A stretch of 64,000 nt of DNA from Azolla caroliniana (GCA_043228905.1 JBHGNT010000014.1:10292001-10356000); one strand, 5' to 3'. Shown: positions 25,676-40,643, counted from the stretch's first letter. The notes: generated from the letters alone by a model not told the origin. Program-made: numbers and translations.

Positions 25676-28068
25676 ATGAATGGACACAATGACGTCTTCT
25701 ACATGATCATGTGTTTGTTCTCTCGGTATGGAATGCAATCTCAATGAGAAGTTTGACATGATCTGGTATGAGGTGGGCTTTTGTTCAAGAAGAGGTTAGA
25801 TGACCTTGTGGAGTCATACATCCCATAAATGGAGACCCATTGGAAGTAAATGTAGATGTTTGTGACATCTTATTAATGTTCTATTATTTACGCCCTAAAA
25901 TTGCTTAAATTCCCTTGTTTCATAATATAGGTATCAAGATGAAGACCATAAAAGGTATGCCATTGAGAATCTACAACAAGCGTTCGAGACTTGGTGGCGA
26001 ATGAAGATTGTCTTGAAGGAGAACTTGTTTCTCTTGAGGCATGCCAGGATCATGCTTGGTACAATCTTACATGAATCTGCATTATAATTAACTAGTTTTT
26101 AATTAATTGTTTCCAAATTAGTTTATAGAAGTAGTTACCAAAAGTAAAAATGAATTTGAATCTATATTGTACATAAGATAAACAAAATTAATCAGAACCA
26201 ATCTAATCTAAGTTTTCACTTGTGTAAGAGGAGGTTTTCAATTGGAACCAAATTCAATGAGGCTACCGTCTATGGACAAGCACACTTGGGCACATTTTTA
26301 TAAAGAGGTGCACAATCCTCACAACAAAAGGTAAGTCTCCCTTAATATTTATTATAATAGTTGTGTGAGTTTCTTGTATATTATATAGTAGTATCTAGAA
26401 TCACTAAGTTGGTGTGTTTCTGTCAAAAAATTGGAAGTTGCCTCAGTTCTTGTATGCGCTTCCCACATAAAGGGCTTTAAGGCTCATTTCATAAGTGTAA
26501 ATTTTAGTTTGAAGTTTGACTTTTTGAAAACATCAAATGAGAAGTAATCCTAATTCATATTATTTTCATTTTGTAGATGAAAGATTATAGGCACTCACCT
26601 ATGATGGATGAACAAAAAATAGCCACATGCAAAGGCTACAAAATTTTGATAGACATGTATCCCCAACCAACCCAATGCTTGATGAAAGCAAGTCATTTTG
26701 ATCTTGAAGTATGGACCACAATATTGAAAAGGTAAGTGCCATTTATAGCCTCTATCATTTACTATTGTCTATTTCTCTATCATTTATAGGCACTATCACT
26801 TTCAAGAAATTCATGGACCTCGGGACATTCTTGAGGTCGAAAAAGACCATCGGATTGGCCAAGAGAGTCTTCTACATCCAACCAAGGATCATGTGAGACA
26901 AGATGTTACGAGCATAATCGTAACCGTAGTTGTGGGCAAAATTGTAAGGATGAAGGGTGAGGATTGAGTTATTTCAATCCAACAATGGGAGATAACTTTA
27001 GAGTGTTTCATCACTTGGCTATTGTTTATAAAAAAGCAACCAATGTACAAGTTTCTACTAATGAAGAAGATGTTTTTTGGAAAAAAAAAGCAACCAAGTG
27101 AGAAACATACACAAGGGGCCTAAGGTTTGAGCCTATATAAGAAGGCTAGCTACCTTCACGAAGGGGGACCGATTTCCTTTATTATTTTAAGATAGAGACT
27201 TTGACACTGTGGCAAAGCTCTAATTCTACATCCAATCGAGGATCATGTTGGGAACATGTCCCTCCAGTGGGAGGAGTCGAATGTACGGACCGAGAAGAGC
27301 CGATAGTCGAGGTCGATGACTAGGCTGACTAATCGGACCGACCCGACAATCGATAGATGAGTCTGATGATTAGTAAGATTATTATTATTATTATTAGATA
27401 ATGATAATGGCCATGATTGTAAATAGCCCATTCTGTGTATTAGTATAAATACACCTAGGGAAAATGAGAGTGCATGTGCAAAGAATAGAGAGTAGAACAG
27501 AACTGTGAGTGATCTTCCCCTTTTGGGGTTAGCGATAGAGAGTGTAAGAGAGAGAGAACGCCGCCCTAGCCAAGTGAGGTTTGATGCTAAGAGCCCTGTG
27601 TGTGGTTGATACACTTTGAGTGGAGAGTGTTGTATTCTGATTTCATCTTGTATTCTCTCTGTATAGTGGAATCTCTATTCCCGTGGTTTTCCCTATTTAG
27701 GGTTTCCACGGAAAATGTTGCGCCTGATGCATTTTGTCTATTGTGTTTTCTTCTATTTCCGCAAGATTTGTGTATTTCAACATATCTTTGCCATGGATGA
27801 TGATTGATTCTCTACAATCTGGTATCAGAGCTTGAGGTGCAAGCATGGAAGGAGGTGTGAGCGGCTTCCCATGCATGATAGTTCTAAACTCTCAGAACTA
27901 TGCGGACTGGAAGATAAAGATGGAGGACCTTCTCATAGTCAAAGATCTGTACGAGCTGATTGACAGAGCAAAAATACCCACGAGGGTATAATCGGAATGG
28001 AAACTTCTTAACAGAAAGGCGGTGGCCACCATCCGACAATGCGTTGATGTAAGTTTCCTTCAACATGT

Positions 28069-31000
28069 TGACGGGAACTCAACGCTCCTTATGCACAAAG
28101 CTCGGCCACAACCAAGATTCTTTTCATACACAGAAAACAAGAAACGAAAAACATGACACAAAGAGGAGAAAGATACACAGGAGGTTTACGTGGAAAACCC
28201 CAAAGAGGGGAAAAACCACGGCAGCCCACGGGCTGGAAACTGTCACTATGTAAGAATGTACAAAACAGTGAGTTCACGGAGGCAACGACCTCGTGCTCAC
28301 GATCTTCGCCACAGGCGGCGGTTACAACAGAGGCAACGACCTCTTTCTCTCTCTCTCTCTCTCTGTACACTATTACGTGCTCTCTCTTCTTCTTGCACCA
28401 ACAAGGAAAAATGACAACAACCACAACAGTTACTAAAAGTTTGCCCTAAGTCATATTTATACTAATATGACTTTTTGGCTATTTACAAATGTAGCCTCGA
28501 TGGGCTCTCAGAAACATATTTACGAATATGTCTCTTCATCCGGTTCTCACCAGGTCTGTACCATCCGGCTCTCCATAGCCGAGTACTCCTCATCCGGTTC
28601 ATACCGAGCCTGCACCATCCGGCTCTCCGTAGCTGAGTACTCCTCATCCGGTTCATACCGGGCCTGCACCATCCGGCTCTCCGTAGCCGGGTACTCCTCA
28701 TCCGGTTCATACCGGGTCTGCACCATCCGGCTCTCCGTAGCCGGGTACTGTTCTTCTCCCTTCCCATCCGGAGGGACCTGTCTCCCAACAAACTCCCCCT
28801 TCACTCCGGCATGGGGTGTCTTACCAGTCCGATCCGCTTCCGGCATGCGTCCAGCTTGTCGGGTGTCAACACTTTGGTCAGCATATCTGACCCGTTCTCG
28901 GTCTTGTGGATCTTCGTCAGTGCGAACTCCTGGTCATCTACTCTTTCCCGGATCCAGTGATACCTCCGCTGGATATGCTTCGTCCGAGAATGGTAGGCCG
29001 CATTCCTAGCAAGGTGGATGGCACTTTGACTGTCGTAGTAGAGTCGGTATTCCTCTTGCCGGATACCGAGCTCTCCGATGAAGTCCTTCATCCATAATAT
29101 TTCCTTGCCTGCTTCCACAGCCACCATGTACTCCACCTCTGTGGTTGACAATGCAATTGTCTTCTGCAGCCTCGATTGCCATGAAACACCTCCCCCTGCA
29201 TATGTCATTACGTACCCGGATGTAGACCGGCTGGTATCCACATCAGCCGACATGTCCGAATCAGTGAAACCGTCCAGTTGAGGTTTTCCGGAGCCGAATC
29301 GGAGACACATATTTGAAGTGCCCTTCAAATACCGGAGTATCCACTTGACCGCGTCCCAGTGCTCCTTGCCGGGATTGCTCATAAACCGGCTCACCACTCC
29401 GACTGCGTATCCAATGTCCGGTCGGGTACAAACCATTGCGTACATCAAGCTCCCGACGGCAGAGGCATATGGAATCTTCATCATATCCGCCTTCTCTGCT
29501 TTCGTCTTCAGGCTTTGGTTACCGGACAGCTTGCAGTTTGCCGGAAGTGTCGATACGACCGGTTTTGCTTCTGACATGTTGAACCGGTGAAGCACCTTTG
29601 TCACATACTTCTCCTGTGATAGCCATAATTGCTTCACTAACCGGTCCCGAATGACGTGCATCCCCAACATCTGTCTTGCCGGACCCAAGTCTTTCATTGA
29701 GAAGGTTCGGTTGAGAGCCTTCTTCAGCATCCGTATTTTGCCTTGGTCTCGTCCGACGATCAACATGTCATCCACGTACAGGAGGAGTATTAGGAAGTCC
29801 CCTCCTTCAAACTTCTTCACAAACACGCAGTGATCGGCCTGCGTCTTGTGGTACCCTTGATCGGTCATGAAGGAGTCGAACTTCCGGTACCATTGCCGGG
29901 GAGCCTGCTTCAGTTCGTACAGGCTCTTCTTCAACCAGCATACCAGGTGCTCCTTCCCTTTCTCCACGAATCCTTCCGGTTGCTGCATGTAGATCTCCTC
30001 TTCGAGGTCGCCGTGAAGGAATGCCGTCTTCACGTCTAGCTGCTCTACCTCAAGGTCCATGCTTGCTGCTATACTCAGCACCATACGGATGGAGGTCATC
30101 TTTACTACCGGGGCAAATATCTCGTCGAAGTCCACGCCCTTCTTCTGCTGGAACCCCTTCACCACGATCCTGGCTTTGTATCTCGGGGGGTTGCCGGCAT
30201 CTCCCGGTTTCAACTTGTACACCCACTTGTTTCGGAGTGCCCGCTTTCCTTTCGGCAACTCCACCAATTCGTATGTATGGTTCTCATGCAGGGAATCCAT
30301 CTCGTCCTGCATGGCACTTAACCATTTTCGGCTGTGGGTGTCTTCCTTCACTTCTTCGAAGCTTTCCGGCTCCCCCTCATCGGTCAGCAGAACATGCTCT
30401 GCATCCGGAAATCTCCGGGGTGCCCTTCTCTCTTTGAGAGGATATCTCCGTCTTCGGCTTCGGTAACCGGCTCCTCCATTTGCTCTTCATCCGAATCCGA
30501 TTCGGGGTCTTGGCCGGTTCCGGTCTCAGCTTCCTCTACCTCTTCTTCTGCCGGTTCGGTATCCTCACCGTAACCGGCTGGTTCCTCGAGTGCTAACCGG
30601 TCTCTTGCCGATTGGGTTTGCTCATCGTAGAGTCTATCCTTACCGGTCGACTCGGAGTTCATTATCTTCTTCTCCGACTCCCAGTCGGCGAGCGTCTTGT
30701 CGTCCATGAAGATAATATCTCGACTCCGGAATACCTTCTTGTCGACCGGGTCCCACACTCGGTAGCCGAACTCATCGTCACCGTAACCGAGGAATATGCA
30801 TGGCCGGGTCTTTGGATCTAACTTTCCTCTCTGGTCCTTAGCTACATGCACGTAAGTGAGACACCCGAACACCTTCAGATGCCGGTAGGATACTTCCTTA
30901 CCGGTCCACACTCTCTGTGGCGTGTCTCCGTCCAAGGGTACTGAGGGTGATCTATTTATTACGTATGTCGCCGTCGACAGTGCCTCAGTGCAAAACTTCT

Positions 31001-33666
31001 TGGGTAGTTTTGCATGCGCTAGCATACTCCGGACCCTCTCCATTATGGTCCGGTTCATCCTCTCGGCCAGTCCGTTTAGTTCCGGCGTCTTCGGCATGGT
31101 AAATTCGAGCCGGATTCCCTTCGAGCGGTAGTACTCCTCGAATTGCCCCCGGTACTCTCCTCCGTTATCTGCTTGAACCGCCTTCAGCTTCCGGCCGGTT
31201 TCTCTTTCCACTCTCGCGTGGAGCTCTTTGAAGACGGATAACACCTGATCCTTCGTCTTCAACGGTGTAGCCCACAGCTTCCGGCTGTGGTCATCTATGA
31301 ACGTCACGAAGTACTGCGCTCCGGCATGTGACTTCGTGTCTACTCGACACACATCCGTATGCACCAACTCCAGTGGTGCATTACGTCTCATCGGTGGCCT
31401 TGGTCGGAAGGAGGTCCGGTTCTGCTTACCGGCCAGACAATCAGTGCACTTCTCTAAGTGCACGTTCTTCACTGGAATGAGGTTGTCGTCTGCAAGCCTC
31501 TTCATCCCCTTCTCACTCATGTGACACAGCCTCTTGTGCCACAGCTCACCGGCAGTGTCGGATGCCACGCTCACTTCTTCCGGACATAACCGGGCATTCA
31601 TCAGGTACAGTGTGTTTACCTTCCGGGCCCGAGCCACAATCAGGCTCCCTTTGCTGAACTTCATGACACCATTCCGGATGCTACCCGTGTAGCCTTCATC
31701 ATCTAGCCGACCGGCTGATATTAGGTTTAGACGAACCTCCGGAACGTGTCGGACATCCTTCAGCAACAACTTGCATCCGGTTGGTGTTGACAGCCACACG
31801 TCTCCTATGCCGATAATTCGGCATGTACCTTCATTCCCCATCCGGACACAGCTGTGGTCACCGGATGAGTAGGATGAGAAGCATTTCCGGTCCGGGGTAA
31901 GGTGGAACGACGCTCTGGAGTCTACCACCCAGGTCATCTCGTCGCCGGCAAGGTTTATCTCACTCTCCTCGGTGATGAGCATCAACTCCTCTTCACTTGC
32001 TGCGATTGCCGTCGTTCCCTTCTGGTCCGGCCCCCTCTAGTCTTTACCGTTTCGGTCTTTACCGTTCCGGTTCGGGGTTAGCTTCGAATCGGTACCGTCG
32101 GTTTCCTTGTCTTTACGGAAATGCCGACAGTTCTTTGGGAAGTTTCCCGGCTTGCCGCAATAGAAGCAAGTAGGCCTCCCCCTTGACTTTGACCGTGTCC
32201 CCGACTTCTCCCGGTTCTGAGGACTACGGTTTCTATGTCTTCCGCGTTCCGATTCGGTAAGGAGCGCTTTGGAGTCGGAGCTCGTATCTTTATCCTTGCG
32301 ACGCGCCTCCTCATCTAGCAAGCTCGACTTTACTCTTGCTAGGGATAACCGTTTTCCTTCCGGCCCGGCGTTGCCCAAAGTGACAACCAACGTCTCCCAG
32401 CTATCCGGGAGGGAACCGAGCAGGAGTAGCGCTAGTACCTCATCGGTAAGAGGTACTTCCAATGACGTTGCCTGGTGTATCAGCCCCTGGAAGACATTCA
32501 TGTGCTCCGCCATGCTGGAGCCATCTTGGTACCAGAGTCTTACTAGCTTCTGGAATACTGATTCCTGATTGACAGCATTTTTGTTCTGGAAGATTATGCC
32601 GATCTTCTCCCAGAGCTCATGAGCCTTGCTCTCTTCATTTAAGTTGTTGTATAGGCTTATGTCGATGAAGCACTGTATATACGTTGTTGTCTTCATGTGC
32701 ATCACCTCCCATATCGCGGCGTCGATTTTGTCCGGTCTCTTGTCCCCGAACTGAACCGGCAGCGAGAGGTCTTTAACCACGAGCATGTCCCTCATCTTCG
32801 ACTTCCATACTGAATAGTTGGAGCCGGTGAGCTTGAACATGCCGCCAAAAAATTCGTCCATTTTCTGTGTCGTTTTGCTTTGATACCACTTGACGGGAAC
32901 TTAGCGCTCCTTATGCACAAAGCTCGGCCACAACCAAGATTCTTTTCATACACAGAAAACAAGAAACGAAAAACACGACAGAAAGAGGAGAAAGATACAC
33001 AGGAGGTTTACGTGGAAAACCCCAAAGAGGGGAAAAACCACGGCAGCCCACGGGCTGGAAACTGTCACTATGTAAGAATGTACAAAACAGTGAGTTCACG
33101 GAGGCAACGACCTCGTGCTCACGATCTTCGCCACAGGCGGCGGTTACAACAGAGGCAACGACCTCTTTCTCTCTCTCTCTCTCTCTGTACACTATTACGT
33201 GCTCTCTCTTCTTCTTGCACCAACAAGGAAAAATGACAACAACCACAACAGTTACTAAAAGTTTGCCCTAAGTCATATTTATACTAATATGACTTTTCGG
33301 CTATTTACAAATGTAGCCTCGATGGGCTCTCAGAAACATATTTACGAATATGTCTCTTCATCCGGTTCTCACCGGGTCTGTACCATCCGGCTCTCCATAG
33401 CCGAGTACTCCTCATCCGGTTCATACCGAGCCTGCACCATCCGGCTCTCCGTAGCTGAGTACTCCTCATCCGGTTCATACCGGGCCTGCACCATCCGGCT
33501 CTCCGTAGCCGGGTACTCCTCATCCGGTTCATACCGGGCCTGCACCATCCGGCTCTCCGTAGCCGGGTACTCCTCATCCGGTTCATACCGGGTCTGCACC
33601 ATCCGGCTCTCCGTAGCTGGGTACTGTTCTTCTCCCTTCCCATCCGGAGGGACCTGTCTCCCAACA
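28069..33666 (-). mobile_element. Young, near-intact Tnt1-like copia nested in the gag of the 27246 element
   Basis: LTRs 28069-28790 and 32891-33666 are almost identical. TSD CATGT at 28064-28068 and 33667-33671. PBS 32877-32888, PPT 28791-28802. Confidence 0.97.
28801..32861 (-). pseudogene. Copia gag-pol polyprotein broken by one stop (32037) and one frameshift (~30460)
   Basis: Gag with CFYCGKPGN (32037-32861), protease and integrase with WVVDS and ADNGGEY (30384-31985), RT-RNase H with LDVKTAFLHG, YVDDML and TKHIQRRYH (28801-30351). Confidence 0.93.
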
Positions 33667-36398
33667 CATGTGGTGAACGACACGAATGCCCACAAGATGT
33701 GGCAGAAGCTGTCGGGTGTATATGAGAGGAAGAACACCCTCAATAAAACATTGCCGATGAGAAAGATTGCACGACTGAAATACAGAGATAATGAGAGCAT
33801 TGTCAAACACATCAACACATTTATGGGGTATGTGAGCCAACTTGTTGCCACCAAGTTCCCCCTTGAAGATGCAATGTAGGAAATCCGGCTACTGTGCACC
33901 TTGCAGAACAGTTGGGAGAACCTAATGGTGACTCTCAACACCTTGTGTGAAGAAGAGAACTTGTCTCTACAAGCGGTAAAAACAAGCATCTTGAACGGGG
34001 AGATGAGCCCGAGATGAGGAGGAAGGACAAGGGAGTCCTGTCCTAGTTGGAGTTAAACGTGGCTCAACATATCGGCAGAGGAAGGAACGGACAAAGAAGT
34101 CCACAATGAAGGGACAAATCCCAGGCCAGATCAAAGTCCAGAGGTAAGCTTGTGTGCTTTTATTGTGGAAAGCGTGGACATTTCCAGAAGGACTGCTTAC
34201 ATCTCAAGAAGGAAAAGAGTGTTGATAATAATGTCGAACCTAAGAAGATTCTTGAAGAAAAGAACACTCCAGCCGTTGCGACGAGCAATGAAGAACTTTT
34301 GTTCATTTGTGAACAAACAATTGCAAATTTCGCAAGCGAAGAATGCACTTCGGTGATCGAGTCCTGTGCATCTTTCCACATAACTCCGTTGAGAGAGTAT
34401 TTCTCGACCTACATAGTCGGTGATCATGGCTATGTAAAGATGGGTGACATTGGGGAATGCAAGATAGCCGGAGTTGGAAGTGTCTGTTTGATGACGTTGA
34501 CAGGGTGTCGGCTAACTTTGAAGGATGTTCGATATGTCCCCGATATCAGATTGAATCTAATATCGATTGGAAGATTGGACGACGAAGGCTACAATGATAG
34601 CTTCCGAAACGGCAAGTGGAAGTTGTACCGTGGAAACCTCATAGTGGCACGAACACAGAAAGAGGGCACACTGTATATGATGCATGCCCGACTGTGCAAG
34701 TTGGAAGTGAATGTGGCAGCTGACTCGAGCGGAGAGTTATGGCACAAGAGAATCGGCTACATGAGCAAGAAGGGAATGCATCTGTTGGCCGACTAGAAGT
34801 CAAGGGAGTGCACCCAGAAAAGTGTGTCGACTGCTTAGTTGGTAAGCAAAACAGAGCGGCATTCCACACGAGACAACCAAGGAGAAGAGAAGTTGCACTG
34901 GAACTAGTGCACACGGATGTGTGCTATGTAGATGCTCCATCGCATCGAGGTGGATAGTACTTTGTAACGTTTATTGACAACTATAGTCGGAAAACATGGG
35001 CCTTTGTATTGAAGATGAAGGATCAAGTACTGTCAATGTTCAAGGAGTTCTAGGCAAGAACCGAGCGAGAGTTTGGTCGGAAGTTGAAGGCTGTTCGAAC
35101 CGACAATGGTGGCGAATATAGAGGGCAGTTCGAGGAATACTGCAAGGTCCAAGGTATTCGAGCCGAATACACAGTGCCGAAGACCCCTGAGTTGAACGGG
35201 TTTGCAGAGAGGATGAATCAAACAATCATGGAGAGAGTAAGGAGCATGCTCTCTCATGTTAAACTGCCGAAATCGTATTGGGCTGAGGTGATGTACACGG
35301 TTGTTTATCTGATCAATAGGTTTCCCTTAGTGTCATTGAAGGGTGATGTCCCATAGAGGGCGTGGACAGATGAGGATGTCTCGTACCAGCACCTGAGGGT
35401 GTTTGGATGTTTCGCGTATATGCATGTGCCTAAGGATCAGAGGTCGAAGCTTGACAGTAAGTCGAAGCCATGCATATTCATGGGATACTCGGAAGATGAG
35501 TTCGGCTTCAGGCTATGGGACTTAGTCGACAAGAAGGTAGCAAGAAGTCGGGACGTAGACTTCTTAGAAGACAAGACGAAAGAGGACTGGAAGCAACAGA
35601 AGTCGGAATCAACTTCCTAGTTAACCCCGACTACTGTCGATTTAAGGCCATGTGAACCGACACAGTCAACTATTCGGAGACATCCAGTCGACATAGGTGA
35701 ATCCGAGTCGGTCGACTCGGAGAGACTGACCGACTATGAGGTTGAGTCGGCTGAGCTGCTAAGATCGATTGGGGAATACGAGTTGGAGTCATCCAACCTT
35801 GAGAAGCTGATCAACATACATGAACCCGAGCCGAGAGAAGAGTTGGCAGAGACATTCGAACGAGAGCCAACGATGAGTGGAAGGAGATACCCACTCAGAG
35901 AAAGAAGCGCACCGACAACATATGCTAGTCAATACATCCTCTTGACTGATGAAGGTGAACCAGAGTGCTATGATGAAGCCATTGCCGACGAGCATAGAGA
36001 GAAATGGCTGAACGCGATGCAAGATGAGATAGACTCCTTGCATGAAAACTACACCTACAACCTATTAGAATTACCAAAAGGTAAAAGAGCACTCATAAAC
36101 AAATGGTTCTATAAGGTGAAGACTGGAGAAGTCAACAATGCACTTAGGTATAAAGCTTGCATTGTGGTGAAGGGTTTCCAATAGAAAAAGGGCGTCGACT
36201 TTGACGAGATATTCTCTCTAGTATTAAAGATGACATCCATTAGAACTGTTCTGAGCATAGCTGCCAGCATGGACCTAGAGATCGAACAATTGGATGTCAA
36301 GACAACATTCTTGCATGGGGAGCTGGATGAAGAAATCTACATGCAACAGCCCGAAGGCTTTGAGGAGAAAGGGAAAGAGAATCTAGTGTGTCGACTGA

Positions 36399-36686
<288 letters not shown>

Positions 36687-38324
36687 TAGCATAAAAATCC
36701 CATTCAACTGACTTGTGAATTACGGCAAGAAAGAGTCTCCAGCAGCAATGGAGCGGCTTAGGTACCGATATGATGATTGGTTTAGGCGATCTCTCAATAA
36801 TCCTTATTTCGGCGCCCAGAGGTCAGAATAAATGAGTGCGGGAGAACTAGGTTGAAACAAGCTCCACGCCAATGGTACAAGAAGTTCGAATCCTTCATGA
36901 CGAAACATCGGTGTTAGAAAACACAGGCTGATCACTGTGTGTTCGTCAAAAGGTACGAAGAAGATAATTTCTTGATTCTCTTATTATATGTAGATGACAT
37001 GTTGATAGTCGGTCAAGATACAAGGAAGATCGGTAGCTTGAAGAAAGCTCTAGGAAAATCGTTTGCCATGAAAGATCTTGGACCGACAAAACAAATCTTA
37101 GGGATGCACATAGTTCGGGACAGAACTAAGAAAGTGTTGTGTTTGTCACAAGAGAAATACGTGATGAAGATCCTAGAAAGATTCAACATATCGGTAGCAA
37201 AGCCAATCGTCTCGGTGTTGCCGACAAACAACAAGTTGAATGCTAAGTAGTGCCCGAGACGGGAGAAGTATAAGGCCGAGATGAGGAAAGTACCATATGC
37301 CTGGACCGTTGGCAATTTAATGTACACTATGGTCTGCACGAGACCAAACATAACATTTGTTGTGGGAATAGTAAGCTGATACATGAGTAATCCGGGAAGA
37401 GAACACTGGGCAACGGTGAAGTGGATACTCAAGTACTTGAAAGTCACCTCAGGCGTATGCCTTAGGTATGGTGTCGGAAAACCCATGCTTGAAGGGTTTA
37501 CTGATTCACACATGTCGGGGGATGCAGACTCGAGTCAATCCACGTTTGGGTACGTGATGACCTATGCAGGGGGAGCAGTGTTATGGCAATCGAGGCTACA
37601 AAAGTTGGTAGCTTTTCAACCACAGAGGTAGAATAGATGGCAACGGTAGAGGCTAGCAAAGAGCGAATTTGGATGAAGAGTTTCCTCGGTGAACTTGGAA
37701 TAAAGCAAGAAGAGTTCTTGCTCCACTGTGATAATCAGGGTGCCATACATCTAGCCAAGAACGTTGCATATCACTCCCAGACCAAGGATATATAGAGAAG
37801 GTATCATTTTTTGCGGGAGAAAGTCAAAGAAGAAGAGTTCATTCTTGTGAAAATCCATACTAACGACAATGGATTCAACATGCTGACAAAGAACCTGCTG
37901 ATGTACAGACTTAGAGCCTGTCGAAAGAAGACATGACTAATCAACTCCTTCCCACAAGAGTAAAGGGGGAGTTTGTTAGGAACATGTCCCTCCAGTGGGG
38001 GGAGTTAACTATTCAGACCGAGAAGAGCCGACATTCGAGGTCAATGACCAGGCCGACTAATCGGACCGATCCGACAGTTGATAGATGAGTCGGCTTATTA
38101 ATAAGATTATACTTATTATTATTAGATAATGATAATGTTCATGATTGTAAATAGCTCATTCTATGTATTAGTATAAATACACCTAGGGCAAATGAGAGTG
38201 TGTGTGCAGAGAATAGAGAGTAGAACATAATTGTGAGTGGTCCTCCCCTTTTGGGGTTAGCGATAGAGTGTGAGTGAGAGAGAGAAAGAGAGAGAGAGAG
38301 CGGAGCCATAGCCCAGTGAGGTTT

Positions 38325-39645
38325 GTCGCGAAGAACTATTGGTACTATGGCCGGAAGGGTCACACAGAGAGCGAGTGTTGGAAGAAGCGTGTTGATTCGG
38401 AAAAATCCGGATCCGGCAAGGCTGGGAGAGGAAGTCGACAAAGCTCGCATTATGCAGAAGGATCGGAAGGATCTGGAACTGGAAAGACCGAAAAAGGGCC
38501 AACCTTTGTGATGAAACACAAGGAAAACTCGATGAAGAAGACCACTTTCGGATCGGAGGAAGTGTGGTACATTGACTCTGGATCATTAAACCACATGATG
38601 AGCCATGAAGAGTGGTTCTCGTATCTAGAAAAACTGGAGCAACCAGGAGTTGTCAAAACCGGAGACAACACTCCTCACCCGATCTTGCATGTCGGAGAAG
38701 TTCCCTTGAGTCATGTCGGACAAAAAGGGAAGCTTAAGAACATTCTTCACGTCCCGACAATCACAAAGAACCCAGTGTCGGTTGCGTAGATCGTGTTTAC
38801 GCATCTTAGGTGCGTCATTGAGGAAGAGGGCTGGATCATCGCGCAAGGGCGCTGGGACGAGAGGATGTTTATCCTCGACACCAATGACATTGGTATCGCT
38901 TTGTTTGCAAAAGAACAGAAAGTCGAGTCGGACATCGACCTATGGCCCAAGTGGATCAGCCACGTCAACTACAAAAGGCTTCAAGATATGCCATCGTAAC
39001 AAGTGGTTTTCGGATTGCCGAAATTTAGTGGCTGGAAGGCCCGAATTTGTGAAGCCTGCGAACTTGGGAAGCAACACTGGCTTCCGTTCCCCACCGAAAG
39101 AAACCATAGCCGTAACAAGCTCGACTTGATACATTCAGATGTATGGGGACTGGCACAGAGCTTTAGTCTTGGCATGAGCCGATATTTTGTCTCCTTCATC
39201 GACGACAACAGGCACATGTGGATCTATCTCATCGAGAAGAAAAGCGAAGTCTTCGATTGTTTCCGGAACCTGCAAAGTCTTGTCTAACGGGAAACTGAGA
39301 GAAAGATCAAGTGCCTACAGTCGGATGGCGGAAAAGAATACTTTTCTGGCCAATTCAGTAGTTATCTGCGGTAGAAAGGAATTTGGAGGGAATTTAGTTG
39401 CATATACATACCGGAACAAAATGGTGTGGCCGAAAGGAAGAACCGGTCTATTGTGGAGGTGGCACGGGCAATGCTGGAAGAGAAGAGCATGCCCAAGTTC
39501 TACTAGGCCGAATCGGTCCGGATGATCGTCTACATCCAAAACCGGATCGGCGAGAAGGTGTCACCACACGAGCTGTATTTCGGGCAGAAGCCGAATTTAT
39601 GACACCTGAGGATATTCGGTAGCATACCATATGTGCATGTGCCGT
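38325..39645 (+). mobile_element. Internal fragment of another copia family (knuckle, protease, integrase)
   Basis: GRKGHTESECW, VWYIDSGSLNHM, CEACELGKQH, LIHSDVWG, SDGGKEY and QNGVAERKNR. Confidence 0.88.
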
Positions 39646-39756
39646 AAGTGACGGAAATGCTCCAACAATCCGGACTGAAGCTAGTATTTTGAGCCGAAGC
39701 ATTGCAAATGGTAGTTTATCTTACAAATTTGTTACTGTCGAGAGCAATCTGGCTCG

Positions 39757-40425
39757 AAGTTTCATAGGCACTATGGTCAGGCACAATGCCGACCTATGAT
39801 TGGCTGTGTACATTCAGATGCGAAGCCTACGCATTCATCCCTAGGGACAAAAGGACCATCCTAGCACCTCATGCACATAACTATATATTTCTCGAAATGG
39901 CACAAATGGGGACTTCGACTATCAGCTATGGGATCCGGACAACCGGAAATTGATCCGGAGTAGCAACGTAATCATCAATGAAGACTCAATACTCTCCAAC
40001 CCAACCTACCAAAAGAAAATGTATAAAAAGGTCTCATTTGACCTTAACAGATTGATCGTAGAAAGGCCGACGGACCGGGCTGAATCAATGATTTGACAAA
40101 CAATCAAAGAGGACCAAGCCAACTAGTGTATCGGCAAGAGGTCCATTAGTCAAAATCGAATTCAATTCGACTAAAAGATAGACAAGAGCTGAATCAACAA
40201 AGATAGTTGAACGGGTCCAAGAGGGAAAATCAACCAAAGCTGATAAACCCAAAGGGCAACGATTGGCAAGAGCCAAATCCTTAGACCAAGGCAAAGTTGC
40301 GAAGGGCAGAGTTGAAACGGATAGAGTCGAAGTAGATAGATTTGAATCGACCAAATTTCCTAAACAGGCTAAGGTGCCGAAAGGCCGAGCCAAAGCAGCC
40401 AAGGCACCAACCCCTTTGTCAATCG
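39757..40425 (+). mobile_element. Copia integrase C-terminal fragment related to the 3360-8351 family
   Basis: GCACTATGGTC..GCGAAGCCTA.GC.TTCATCCCTAGGGA.AAAAGGACC matches 5560-5660. Confidence 0.7.
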
Positions 40426-40485
40426 TGTAAAGAATCAAGTGTGATTCTGTGCAACGGAATGTGTGTGTGTGTGTGTGCGCGCGCA

Positions 40486-40535
<50 letters not shown>

Positions 40536-40643
40536 ATAAAATTGTATTAACGAGGAGTAAGAATTGTAAAGAATCAAGGGATGGATTCTGTGCAACGGAA
40601 CAGATATGAACTGTGTGTGTGTATGAGAGAGAGAGAGAGAGAG
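40426..40643 (-). repeat. Two tandem LTR-end fragments (family of LTR 1697-2073) with (TG)n and (AG)n tracts
   Basis: TGTAAAGAATC..GATTCTGTGCAACGGAA at 40426 and 40565 matches the reverse complement of ~2030-2073. Confidence 0.65.

Noticed and set aside
28467-29009. 18-aa repeat proteins (also 33289-33989)
   Set aside because: These are translations of the 54-bp LTR repeat, open in several frames on both strands.
38323-38334. TGTCGCGAAGAA resembling the gypsy LTR start where the copia 3' LTR breaks off
   Set aside because: An 11/12-nt match is too short to establish a deleted insertion.
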